Shown: in pieces, positions 13,231 to 26,250 of the stretch
Position numbering within the stretch: position 1 is the first letter of the stretch
Layout of the letters: every line of letters begins with the position of its first letter
Assembly: GCF_001194135.2 (NCBI RefSeq)
Contig: NC_068983.1
Span: 108,863,549 to 108,927,548 of the forward strand
DNA: 64,000 nt
DNA from: Octopus bimaculoides
Lineage: Eukaryota
Direction of reading: 5' to 3'
Notes under the pieces: model-generated
Told to the model about the DNA's origin: nothing
What the model saw: the letters and a program-made list of their open reading frames with translations, nothing else
Databases searched by the model: none
Made by a program: the position numbers and the translations under genes

Positions 13231-14369
13231 AGAATTATTCTTTCATGCAAAGCAAACTTAGAGAGTGCTCAATTAAAACTAAAAATATCAAATGTTGAGT
13301 GATTAATTTGCTAAAACAAAAATTCATAAAAATAAATACACTTGCACTCCACAGAAATGATATATCTGCCATCAATAACCAGTCTCTGTGCAACATATTT
13401 CTGGCAGTCAAGTACTCAGCAACTTATGGGGATTTGATAATTTCTTCAATATTAATGTATGTAGATACATACATATTTACAAATATGCACACACACAAAC
13501 ACATACATACACATACACACGCACACATACATAATTCATACATACACACACATGCATAAATAATAGTCTGATAAATAAATTTACAATACAATTCTTTAAA
13601 AATATTGTACTTATAAAAACAACATGAAAACCTTATGTGAATTAACACAATTATGCACCTTTTATAATACTTCTTTGAAGCTATTTCCTTGGAGCAATTT
13701 AATTACGTTTTCTTTATGACAATGATTAACAACAAAAATAATTATATGAGAATGGCTGTGAATTAGTATTTACTTAAGCTTCCTGCTGAAAACAAATATC
13801 ATTATCAATCAAAATATCTAATATAAGATGGTAATATTTCTCTTAGATTGCAGTCCTTAATATTGGTCTCTGTTTCACATATTTATCAAGAATAGACAAT
13901 TTAATACTCTTAACATCAGTTCTGTCTATATTTTGCTTGGGCTCATGCCAATTTCTGTTCTAAGTGTTCCATATTTAGAGAGGAGTGCTTTTACAATGTT
14001 ATATTGAATCTGTTCAGCGTATTTTGACAATAGTGGACATATGATTTAAATATTCTAAATATTGTGAAAGGGATTATTTCTTAGTTATGATGTATCAGCG
14101 TCCAAGATTTGGAACCTTCAAATGAAGTAAAAATGTAGTACATTTTAGAAGTAAAATCAATAATAAAGTATTCATAAAAGAACATTTCATTTTTACATTA
14201 TTTCTATTCAAATAATTTCTGTTACATTTTAAATTATTGCAATGTAAAATCCTATTCTAAGAAGTTTGGTTTGTTTTAAGAGATGACATAAATCTCAAGT
14301 TCTTATAACAGTAAACAAAATTAGATAAAAAATTGAATCCTGAATATTCTACTGTACTTTTCTATTTAA

Positions 14370-14684
14370 TACAGCTCTATATTTAAGAGATGAGGAATTA
14401 TGTACATTATTTACATTTGATGGATATTTGTCCTCGTCTTGTTTGTTATTTACACGTGTAGTGGTTAAGAGCGCGGCTACTAACCCCAAGATTCCGAGTT
14501 TGATTCCAAGTAGTGACCTGAATGATAATAATAATAATAATAACATCGAAAAATACCTTAGGAATGAGAACCCAGGTTTGAAATTTCCCCAAGACACCTG
14601 ATGAAGGCTGCAGGGTATATCAGCCGAAACGTTGTGTTAACAACAAATAAGATGAGGACAAATACCCCATCAAATGTAAATAAT
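14370..14684 (+). mobile_element. Family-1 element: inverted 3' tail, tRNA-like head, (AAT)n, hammerhead, tail
   Basis: Head gtgtagtggttaagagcgcgg...gagtttgattcc (A/B-box-like, 14455-14507), (AAT)n, then gacacctgatgaaggctg...cagccgaaacgttgtgtt and a tail shared with the 12.6-kb and 16.2-kb copies. The segment 14370-14448 is an inverted copy of the tail. Confidence 0.8.
14593..14638 (+). ncRNA. Minimal type-I hammerhead ribozyme with intact core
   Basis: Stem I GACAC/GUGUU, core CUGAUGA, extra A, stem II GGCUG/CAGCC, GAAAC, triplet GUU. Stem III is the palindrome AACGUU. Confidence 0.7.
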
Positions 14685-16102
14685 TACGGAGATGTACTTG
14701 CATAGCACGTGACCTGATCTGAGATCGTGTGCTGGAACAAAAGCAATGCAGCACAGAATTTTGTCAGTGAACAGGTCGCAGTCTCAAAGCGATGAAAATA
14801 TTTTGACAAATTAAATTTAAATGTTTTAGTGAATCTAACGGTTTTTGTGTGTTTCTTAAATGGCTTATTAACACCTTCCACGCTGCAAATGTAAATAATG
14901 TTTTCTGTGTAAGTTTCCTCCAAGCATATTCACCTTCCACTTCAGGCGTTGAGAAATAAATCAAATGCTTCTGTTTATATATGATACTGTCCTGAAACTA
15001 TTAGACAATTTTCTTTAAATGAACATGTTCAAACTAAAACTTTACTCTTTTGAGAGAAAGTGTATGTGAAACATTTTCTAATTTCGAAAGAATGACATAT
15101 TATTTAGATTGAAAATATATTTTATGATGTCCTATTATATTCTCTTTTAAAAAATGATATTGTTTTTCTCTCATAAATAGAAAATTGTAATTGAAACATA
15201 TAAAATGTAGATTTAGTCTCTTTATCACAGAATTTAGGCTATAAAATAATTTTATTTAACTTTTAGAAAATTCAGTAATAGATATATTATTCAATATAAA
15301 TATAATTTTTTTTATTCTCTAGTTCAGCAGCTATTTTTATCAACTTTCTCATACAGTGTCTCCTTCCCTCACAACTCTCAGTGCACTCATCCATTGCCCC
15401 TCAAATTCTTCCTTCTTTTCTATCACTGACCACTTCCAACGGCTTCTCTACCTCCTAAAAACTCCTGATTTTTTCTCTCTTCTGGCCTACTATCACAAAC
15501 CTCTACCCTTCACTTTCCTTCAGTGACTCTCTCAGGGTCCCTCTCCACTCTCATCTATTACCCTCTTCCTCTCCTCTTTCCCTTACACTTTCTGTCCATA
15601 GTTGCCCTTATAATGTTGGGTAGCTCTGAACTCTATCACACATAACCCACCCTATTACATTTCATCTATGTCTCTCCTTGTCTTAATAATATTAATTCCT
15701 ACCCTTTCCCCTGTTCACTGCCATACTACCTCACTCTCTTTTCTTATTTTAGTTCTTCTCATCCCTCCACTTGGAATCATTATCACTCTCTTTTTGTTTC
15801 TCTCAATTATAGAGCCCCTTTAGACTCCTCAACTTGTAAAATGTGAAAGCATCATCATTAGTGCCAGTGCCCCACAAAAAATACCTGGTGTAGTACACTC
15901 TATAAGGTAACTGGCATTAAGAAAGCAACCTGACCACAGAAACCATACCATAGTAGACACTGTGGCATCATGCAGTCTTCAGATTAAGTTGGATCATGTT
16001 AAGCTGTCCAACACTTGCCAGCATAAAAGTCAGGCATCGAATGATAATACGTGATGATTATGATGATGATGAGGAGGAGGATGATGAAGAGGATGTGGGC
16101 AT

Positions 16103-16273
16103 ATGGCGTAGTGGTTCGAATTTCCCCAAGACACCTGATGAAGGCTGGAGGGTATATCAGCCAAAACGTTGTGTTAACAACAAACAAGATGAGGACAAAT
16201 ATCCGTCAAATGTAAATAATGTAAATAATGTAAATAATGTACATAATTCCTCAGCTCTTAAATATAGAACTGT
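16103..16273 (+). mobile_element. Family-1 element, internally deleted; hammerhead with GAAA mutated to AAAA
   Basis: tggcgtagtggtt is fused at ggtt to cgaatttccccaagacacctgatgaaggctgg...cagccaaaacgttgtgtt, followed by the tail with a (aatgtaaat)3 repeat. Confidence 0.8.
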
Positions 16274-18197
16274 AAAAATAAAAAAAGAAGTTCAAATGTT
16301 ATATTCTCAACCAAAGCCATCTTGTGATAAAATTAGCAAATTAAAAGCATTTTAGAGTGACCAGTACACTGCATTCAGCAAAATAAGTTATTAAATAAAT
16401 AAGAGTGCTCTAAGTTTTTAAGTCAAATTGAAATATGGAATATGAAAAGAAGATGACACACAAAATGTTCTAAGGTGTTCTATAAAAAAACTTTATTCCG
16501 TTAAGTCTGTTGCAGCTTGACTGGCCAGAAATGAATACCAAGAAAAATAAGTTCAATAAATATGTCAAGAATAAAAAGAGTTTTTGGAAGTCAGAAGCCT
16601 ACCTTATCTAACAACTGAACTAGCATTTTCAAATCACTTTTGTTGCTGATAACATAGTAAGAAACTCAAAGAGAAAATTCCTTAGTCTCTTAAAGTGTTT
16701 CAGAGCTATTTAATATTATTTTACAGAGAAATGCATATGCTATTAAACTGTCATTGAAAAAAACTCCTTTTTAATAAATTCATTTTATTTTGATTGAATT
16801 TAACAAATTTAATAGATTACAGACTTGAATATAAATAATATATGGTTATACAAACATCCAGTGTTAAATGTATTAAAATAATCTAAAAAAATATTTTTAG
16901 ATATACCTGAAGAGTTGAACATTCAACAAAATATTGTGCAGTTACTGATGTATTTATCAGAAAAAAAAGTATATGCAATTAAATAAATGGAAATAAGAAA
17001 ATTTCATATGAGGCATGATTATTTATTTATATTACTTTACATTATGATAAAATGAATTTCCATAGAGAAAGAGAAAAACTGAAAATATATACGCATGGTG
17101 TATAAATACATATAGATCAATTGACATATATGTTTGGGTGTATGTATATATCATTTTATATATATAACACATATATTAACATATATATATGCACAAATAT
17201 ATAATATACAAATATATATATATATATACATACATACACACATATATTCATTATTAGCAATAGAAGCAGTATTAGTTCAATATAACAATCTCCACATCAC
17301 ACCTAAGGCAGATATACTGTGGAAAGCCTATTAAAGTACAGTATTTGTCTTAAGAGAGCATCTCTTTTAGATGTATAGAGCTAAAAAACACAGCTGCAGT
17401 GGTATGCCTAATTATGCATTTCTGCTTCTTTGAGTTTCGTCAGTTGCCAGTATTCATTGACACCACATACAAGGGAAAAAATCAGCTACTACGGATACAG
17501 TTTAAAATATTTAAAACATCATTGATATCCAGTAGTCCGAGTAAAATTTATTAGCAACAGTAGCAGTATTAGTTCAAAATAGCAATCTGTATATCAAACT
17601 TAAAGAAAACACATCGATGAAAGCCTGTTAAACTGTGGCATTCATATTGGCAGTATATGTCTTTAAGAAATGCTTACTGCCACTTACCACCTCCTTCCTG
17701 AGGTATTCCTACTTTTTCACCTTCCCCATACTGAACTGATATTTACAATCAATTATGCCAGAACCCTTGTCCATTATTCATGACATTCATTTTCAGGCCC
17801 ACCTTTAACCATCTGTCTCTCTCCTCATCCATTGTATTAACTCTCACATAACAATTTATTATCAGTTTGACAAACATCAGCATTCAGCAGTAAATAATTT
17901 GTTGGTTGATTCTATGAAAAAAAAAAGTGCTACCATTCATGTTTAGATTTATTGATAGCTTTGACAGAAGAGAACAACCAGGTCAAAACATCAGTGTCTC
18001 AAAGTACCTTTATGTCAATGAATTGAGGATCTTGTCTACACATCAGCCAAAAGGAGGTGTTCTCCAAAGCTGAAATACAACAGCAATTTGCATATTCATA
18101 TTTCATATCTGTTTGAACACATTAATAATGAATATGTATGCTATTGTATGGATACATACATACAAAAACACACATATATATGTATACACACTCACGT

Positions 18198-18235
<38 letters not shown>

Positions 18236-18750
18236 TCTTTTTATTCTTTTACTTGTTCTGTCATTTAACTGTGGCCATATTGGAGCACCACCTTAAAAGG
18301 GTTTAGTTAAAGAAATCAACCCCAGGACTTACTATTTTTAAGCCTATTGGTATCTTTTGCTGAGCCGTTAAGTTACAGGGATGCAAACACACCAACACTG
18401 ATTGCCAAGCGATGGTGGGGGACAAATACAGAAACACATACACATGTATATATATGCATATGTGTATATGTAAATATATAGTTTTAGAGAAAAGAACCAA
18501 AGTTCACATATATATATATATATATATATATANNNNNNNNNNNNNNNNNNNNNNNNNNNNNNNNNNNNNNTGTGTGTGTGTGTGTGTGTGTGTACACACA
18601 ATGGGTTTCTTTCAGTATCCATCTGCAAAATCTATTCACAAGGCTTTGGTCAGCCTGCATCTATAGTAGAAGACACTTGCCCAAGGTGCCATGCAGTAGG
18701 ACTGAACCTGGAACCATATGATGGTTGGGAAGCAAGCTTTTTACCACACA
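18236..18750 (-). mobile_element. SINE family B (composite, internal microsatellite; contains gap 18533-18570)
   Basis: It is the reverse complement of the copy at 19443-19790 (cccgtcgta...(TA)n...gtccccgtaacttagcgg...ggccacagtcaaatgactgaaacaag). Head fragments also occur at about 25918-26090 and 49222-49325. Confidence 0.75.
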
Positions 18751-19112
18751 CCTGTGTATACATATATATACATGCACATAATTTATTGTAAATATTTAAG
18801 ATATAAAACAGTTTTAATTTATATAAAACTAGATGAAATATCTGATGTTTCCAAAGTTGTGAAAGACTCAGGGAATCAACAGAAATATCACAAAGCAATT
18901 CATTTAACAAACAGTAAATCTTTTAGTAAAAATAACATGATGAAATTTCAGACTAAGAACACTTTGTAGATTTTTTTGTTATAACAAAATTTCTTCTTGT
19001 CAGATTATCCAAGTTTTAAACAAATGCAATTTCAGTTCTGGTAACTGCAAAACGTCGTTCACAGATTCAAATCTTTTCAATCTCCCAATTTCTGTTTCAG
19101 GATAATCTTTAC

Positions 19113-19262
19113 TTTAACCCAAAACCATAATCCTAAGTGCTAACACCAAACCTGAACATTGCCTCAGACTCTAACTCAAAACACTAACTCTAATCTTATC
19201 CCTAAAATCTAAACCCTAATACTATATCTGATCCTAATCCTAAATACTAACCCCAACTCTAG
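19113..19262. repeat. Degenerate (CCCTAA)n telomere-like tract
   Basis: About 25 units of 6-bp periodicity with ctaa/cctaa cores (cctaatcctaa, aaccctaa, ctaacccc). Confidence 0.65.
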
Positions 19263-19354
19263 TGCTATTTTTTGTATAGAATCACAATCGCCTATGTTTA
19301 AAGCATATATTTCTAGAAAAATATTAAAACAAAAAAGTTACTGCCAAGAATGTA

Positions 19355-19508
19355 CAGGGTGGTTTGAAAGTCTTGATACCACCTGTAAATATTGTTTTAA
19401 TTTTCTATTAACAAGGCAAGAGTTTCACAAGAGTGATACCAGCATACCCAACAATTGAAGGATGCTGTGAGCAGATTTGGTAGATGGAAACTGAAAGAAG
19501 CCCGTCGT

Positions 19509-19558
<50 letters not shown>

Positions 19559-19813
19559 TTGTGTGTATATGTTTGTGTGTCTGTGTTTGTCCCCCCAACA
19601 TCACTTGACAACCGATGCTGGTGTGTTTAGGTCCCCGTAACTTAGCGGTTTGGTAAAAGAGACCGATAGAATAAGTACTAGGCTTACAAAGAATAAGTCC
19701 TGGGGTCGATTTGATTCGACTAAAGCTGGTTCTCCAGCATGGCCACAGTCAAATGACTGAAACAAGTAAAAGAGTAAAAGAGTAGTGGGTGACAAGAATT
19801 TTGGACCACCCTA
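19355..19813. mobile_element. Tc1/mariner-type MITE with a nested SINE family B copy (19443-19790)
   Basis: The left end is TA-cagggtggtttgaaagtcttgatacc. The right end reverse-complemented is tagggtggtccaaaattcttgtcacc, an imperfect TIR. Confidence 0.45.
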
Positions 19814-22245
19814 TCCTTTAAAATGAAGTGGGACAAAGACAAATGATAAACAACTGAAATTTTGAAAAAACTTTTTAGCTGCAGAATTGTAATTTCTGAT
19901 GTTTAAAACATAAATTTCTCAGAAATTTTCAAAAAAAAAAAAGATAAAGAAAACATAAGATATATGGTGTGTTTATTCAAAACTTCCTCAAACGATAATA
20001 TTAGAGCACCAGATGTTCCAAACTTGCACCATTGCATGAACGTGGAGCATTTAATTCCATTCAAAGAATAATTGAGGATCTGTTCTTCAGTGTGAATCTG
20101 TGCTTCCAACTTGTTATGAAACTAGCTTGTACAGTTTAGTTTCTCTTGGATTTAAAATATGGTCTAAAAGTTCATACACAATTTCAAAGTCATACAACAG
20201 TTGATTCACCACATTTTTACTCCAGTCAACATAGATTTACATGTACATGTGCATGCACTGTTAACACATTCAGAGGGTGGTTAGGTGGTATAAACAGGAG
20301 AAATAGGATTCAATATGTTCACAGTCTCACTTGTCCTCATAGCTAATGTCAAGATAATATGCTGCATTGGTTTATATATTTGATATGTTCAAGAATTAAT
20401 AACACATTTTCATTATCAGCCACTTTAAACATTGTTTGTACAAATGGTCACACTTTTCAAGATATATGCTAGCTCTATTATAGTAACATGAAATGTCCTG
20501 AAGAGATGGCAAATTGAAACATCAATAGTGGAAGATGCTTTCAGTTGGGAACATTTCATGCTATCTAAACAAAATGTGTAGTTAATTTTCATTGAAATTA
20601 GTGATATCATCAAATATCTTAATAGCTCAGATTACTTATTGAATTTCTATATCCTTTATTGTAAGAAAAGTATGCATCTGACAGGAACTGTTGATATAAT
20701 TAGTGGTTTGTGATTCAGAGTTTGAAAAGAAATTGCTAAATTACTTGAAATCCAGTGTCCTTTTCTTTTTTAGAACACAAATTAACTTGGTTTGGTAGCA
20801 CTAATATTTCTGATTTTAGCATTCAAATATGATAAGTCTATAATATTCAGATAAAGATATAAGTCTATAATGATAACATTTAAACATATAGACAGATTTT
20901 CATATAAAACATGTAGAAGTCTGAAGTGTCCAAAAATTAAATTGAAAGCTTGATTAAAATAATGCAATCAGTTGATTAAGCTTACCATAAAATAACATTT
21001 ACTTTGTGTTTGGCTACAAAACCAATTATACTTTATAATGGTACTTCTTAATAATAAATTGTCATGCAATGTCAAAAGATTTTTCCTATTTTTTTTATTT
21101 AATCTATTATTGCTTAGAAGACAATACCCTATAGTTGCTGACTTCATCATCAATATACATGGTTACAAATTGTTTTCTTTTTTAATTTAATCTATAGATA
21201 TATGATATAAACTGAAAACAGATATAAAATACAAATTGAATATTAATAATATTTAGAGAACATAATGTGGCAGCTAATTTCTAACTAAAGGAAATTTGTA
21301 AAAAAAAAAATTAATTAATAAAACATTAAACGAAATTTCCCTTAAGTTACTGAAATAAAAATCTCATTAAGTATATACAACAGCTACTTTATATATCAAT
21401 CACTTAAAGTAAATCAGTTATATTTTATATTAATTATATTAAATTTTAAGTCAAATTCTTATTAATCATAAAGAAGAAAATAAAGTTTATAAAATTTAAG
21501 TAACTCAATAAAAGATATGGAAAGAACAGAAATCTTAAAAGTAAAGGAATTGGTAAGTACTTTTTACTTGAATAAGAATAACATAACTTCTCTTCTAGTT
21601 ATTATCTACAATGCTGAAATAGCTATTCTTATAGGCTGATATCAACAAGCTCTGGAAGACTAACTATGTAACTACGCAAACTATGTTTAATATTCATTTA
21701 AGAAATAGCTACTCTATTTATGTGGTATAATAGCATCTTGCAGAACAAGAGCAGACTTATTTCACTTATGCTTATTGACTATTTTCTGTAATATTTGTAA
21801 TGTTAACTTGATTATTTGTAAAATTAATAAAAGAAATCCAATCCTGAAATATAAAAATAAATTTCCTTGCAAAATAGTGCACATGTTGCAAAATAGTACA
21901 TATGTAGTTTTCTAAGCATGGCATATGTAAAAAATTTACAATAACAAAAATATTAAATAAGGAAGTTAGTAAAATAGAAGAAATGAGCATAAACATTACC
22001 TTAGAATGAAAATGCTATATGAAATTAAAAATTGAATGAAAAACATGAGAAATATCTACACAAAAATACTACTACAAATAAAATAATTGCCTTATGAATT
22101 ACAGGAAATGAAAGCCAAAATAGAAAAGTTTGTATTCATATTCAAAACTGGAACTTTTCCCCAAGAACTACAAACTAACACACTGAAAAAAATTCAGTAT
22201 ATTTTTAAAATTAGTAATACTAATAATCAGTTTCCTAACATGATA

Positions 22246-22280
<35 letters not shown>

Positions 22281-22494
22281 CCTTTCTATTATAGGCACAA
22301 GGCTTGAAATTTTATGGGTGGGAGGTAGTTGATTTCATTGACTCCAGTACTCAACTGGTAGTTATTTTATTAACCCTGAAAGGATGAAAGGCAGAGTCAA
22401 CCTCGGCAGAATTTGAACTCATAGTGTAAAGACAGATGAAATGCTGCTAAGCATTTTGTTTGGTGTCTTAAGGATTTTGTCAGCTCACCACTTT
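22281..22494 (-). mobile_element. SINE family A
   Basis: ggcacaaggcttgaaatttt...ccctgaaaggatgaaaggc...gtcaacctcggcagaatttgaactc...cagctcacc, shared with other copies. A partial copy lies at 22757-22842. Confidence 0.8.
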
Positions 22495-22879
22495 GGCAGC
22501 AGTTGAACATATAATAATAATAATGATGATAATAATAATAATAATTGCGTAGGAGGTGTGCAGTGCTCAAAATTGCACTACTGGGCACTGCACACATCCT
22601 ACACAAAACACTTTCAATACAGTAACCATAAGAGCACCACAACAAACCACAGCACATACCCAAGGTGCACAGAGCTGCGTTCGGTAGTGAAGTGAAAGCA
22701 CGTTATAAAAATAAAACTACTGAACAATAATAATAATAATAAGTAGTGCAACATCAAGGAATTTTAACTCAGAACATAAGGACAGGTGAAATGCCACTAA
22801 GCATTTTGCCTGTGTGCTAACAATTCTGCCAGCTCGCCACCTTAATAATGATAATAATGATAATAATAATGATAATACT

Positions 22880-23470
22880 GAGCTTATTGTATACAGTGCT
22901 CAGGTGCATTACGACTTGCCAAAAATTAGTTAAAAAAGACAGTATTGAAAGACAGAAGTACATGCAGAATAAAGCACAGGAAAACACATCAAAAAGTAAC
23001 ATTAAAAGAGTCATAGAGAGGAAATGGTGCATAGGCACCTCAGGTACAGTGTTAGCGAATTTCCAAAAGCAAGGAAATTTTGAAGGATGCAGTGTTCTGA
23101 CAGCTAACAAGATGTGGTTAGTATATTCCATGTTTTGACAATTCTGAGCATGAAAATATGTTTCTGAAAGTCATGGATACTGTGCTGCTATTTGATTATA
23201 TAATTATGTCCAAGAGTGATAGAGGCATTGAATTAAAAAAATGGTCAAATTTGTTGCTGGAATGATCATAGATAATCTTGTGAGCTTTTCCCAAATCAGC
23301 TACAAGATGTTGAAATTTGTGTGCTGATGCCCAGAGAAGCAATACATTCAAGAGATGGCATTCATCTAGTTGCATGCCTGTGGATAACATCCAGCAGATC
23401 GATATTCTGGACAAGATGGAGCTGGGGAAGGATCCATACTGGAAGTGTGGATGTACCATAGCCATATATA
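22880..23470 (-). mobile_element. CR1/L2-like LINE 3' fragment
   Basis: AMVHPHFQYGS (cf. .MVRPHLEY.S), ADLGKAHKII, TLGHNYII (cf. TRGH) and KHIFMLRIVKTWN (cf. .FFS.RVV..WN.LP). The element ends at an (ATA/ATG)n tail. Confidence 0.75.
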
Positions 23471-25575
23471 GCTTTAAATAAATAGCTGGTAAACTGTTGA
23501 CAAAGGTCTTAGTGATGCTAAATCACCTTCAGCTGTTTTTGACAATATTAGAAATGTATTGCATATTAAGCAGAAAATGAATTAATAAATAGAATGAGAA
23601 AATTTGATATCTAAAATATTCCATACTGAAACACGAAAATGTGTATACAAACAAAATAAGATAATATCTCTGTTTGAAAATGAAGTAACATTAGAAAATT
23701 TTAAGCAGGAAATATCTTTTAACTTTGCTTCAATGCTGTAAAACTTTAAGAATTGTAGCTATAAATTACACATGATATTCTTGCAAGGATGTGAGGCAGG
23801 GCAAAGGATATATTTATTTTTATGGATTTAAATACACATCTGACAAGAGGCTTTCTTTCATTTAAGTGATTCACCATACTGAACATAATCTGAATTTATA
23901 ATTGGTTCATCTTTCTTAATTAATAATAGAAAAATACATTAGAACAATTTTAAGATTAATCCTGTATAAAAGGAAGCTCGAGCTAACAAACCCTGTCAAA
24001 ATATTCTTCAAAATAAAATCAATATAAAGCATTTGTAACAATTTTAATGTATGCTAAAATAATTTAGAGAAGATATTGCCAGATTCTCAAAGCCAAAAAT
24101 GCAAAGTGATGAAAATGCCTTTTTCTCTCCTTTTTTTTTTTATTGTCTTTCATTCTGGCAGGAATGGATCCAATTCAAGTAAGAGTAGTCAGTGGTGGAT
24201 AGGACAAGGTTAAGATTTTCTAAGACCCCAAGCTACATGCACTGAGAGGCTCTCAGTATCGTTTCACTTAATATGTAGAGGCTCTCCCACTACAGAGGTC
24301 ACTGAGATGTAGCCCCTAAAACCCATATCTTAATCTGCAATGGTGGAGGCTTATTTAATATGATATCAAGATTATCTTGCTCATTCTACTGAGACAGATG
24401 ATTTCAATAATGAGCTTGCTGGGTTTATTATGGAAGAATATTATGATTACTTATTTGGTGGTATTCTGTTTCAAGCCAACAGATTTATTAGGGCAGAGTT
24501 TATGTTAATTTCTGATGTGTTTAAGAAACTGGGAATACAAGCTCTTCCTTACTGAATACAAAGTTAACTCTAGCTACAATTGACATTTATTTTGAACTGG
24601 GTGGACTGGAGCAATGTGAACTAGACTAGAAGACAGCCAGATAGAGATTTTATAGGTCTTGATGTTATTTCAACATCTACTATTACATTCCAACAGCCTA
24701 TATAATTTTCAATATCAGCTGCAACTTTCACAGATACAGTATTCATATATTCTAGTGTATTGTAAAACTGTTTTAGTATCGGTGATTGTCAGTTAATATC
24801 TGTACATTTACATTGAGTTAGATAACTATTCATATATAAAACCAATTCAATATATATGAACAATAGGGTATGTTTTTTCTCTGACACAAACTGTTAATAT
24901 AACTAAATGCACACACATACACACATAAACATATATATCCATGTTGACATATTTATTTCATGAGTGAAATTATACATTATATTATTCATAATACATGCAG
25001 AAAAGCAATGATACACACTGATCAAGTGTTGTATCAATGAGTAATTATCTACAAGCAGCTCACTTTCCATTATATTCCCATATTTTGAATGATGTGATCA
25101 GCATGATGTGTTTATTCATCATTTCATAAGCAAAAAGATTCCTGAGTCTTCTGTGAAAGAGTACTTATGATATTTGGGAAATGTTTTCATATAGTTCTCT
25201 TTTCAGCATCTTGTTTATGAGGTATTTTTCAATATATTGTACTTTCTAGAATTATTATTTATTATCATTATTATTATTATTATTATTACTATTATTATTA
25301 TTGTGTGTGTGTTGGCATGTGTGTGTATTAAACATTTACAAAGACATCAACCTTTAAAAGTGGAACTACTGCTTATTTTACACTTTTTCTCACATGCCAA
25401 AATATTATACCATTTCTGTAGTTCAATTTTTTCAAACAGAGAAATAAGTGTTACGCTACAAGGACAAAGTAAAATCTAATTTCTTTCAGAATCTATTGTT
25501 TTTAATTTACTATAGATGTAACATAGTAATCAAGTGATCACAATTATATAATTTTGCATATAAATAAATATATGA

Positions 25576-25608
25576 TTAGGGTTAGGGTTAGGGTTAGGGT
25601 TAGGGTTA
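25576..25608 (+). repeat. Interstitial telomeric repeat (TTAGGG)5
   Basis: Five perfect units plus TTA. Confidence 0.95.
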
Positions 25609-26250
25609 ATTCCAGTCTTCTGTGAAAAACATGTCTATTCAGAGTGCAATATAATCTTCCTTAGAAACAAGTAAATGTTGATGCCAGGAAGGGCATCAAG
25701 CCATAGAAAATCTATATCACATTGAAAAAGTGATATAGAACTGTTTAAAGCTTAAAATTATTTCAATACTAATGAGTAAAAACAACATTGGTTCAACACA
25801 GCTTATGTTAAAAACGAGCCAAATATCTGTATATTAATGACATTATTTCAGAAGTAAAATGATGTGCCTTCTTTTTTTTTTATGTTGTATATCTATTTTC
25901 CCTTGATATAGAAGTACATATATGGCTGTGTGGTTAAGAAGTTTGGTATCCAACCAAATAACTTTGGACTTGGTCCCACTGCAAAGCCCTAGGCCAAAAG
26001 AAGCCTTGTGAGTGGATTTGGTGGACAGAAACTAAAAGAAGCCCATTATGACTGTGCATATTTGTGTGTGTCTGTTTATATCCTTGTCTTGACATGCAAT
26101 GATTGTTAAATTAGCATCTCCACCATGCATGCAACATTATTTAATTCCAGTCTTCTGTGAAAAACATGTCTATTCAGAGTGCAATATAATCTTCCTTAGA
26201 AACAAGTAAATGTTGATGCCAGGAAGGGCATCAAGCCATAGAAAATCTAT
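25606..26250 (+). repeat. Exact 110-bp direct duplication (25606-25715 = 26141-26250)
   Basis: Base-by-base comparison from ttaattccagtc to gaaaatctat shows no mismatch. Confidence 0.95.

Noticed and set aside
14455-14510. Possible tRNA gene
   Set aside because: It has A/B boxes but no acceptor stem or full cloverleaf, so it is a SINE head. The same applies to 1260-1330 and 50330-50405.
12407-16273. CRISPR-like repeat-spacer array or prokaryotic system
   Set aside because: The repeats are dispersed and of variable orientation, there are no cas-like ORFs, and the context is eukaryotic.
17405-17450. ctgacga...gaaatgcata hammerhead-like string on the minus strand
   Set aside because: Stems I and II do not pair convincingly.
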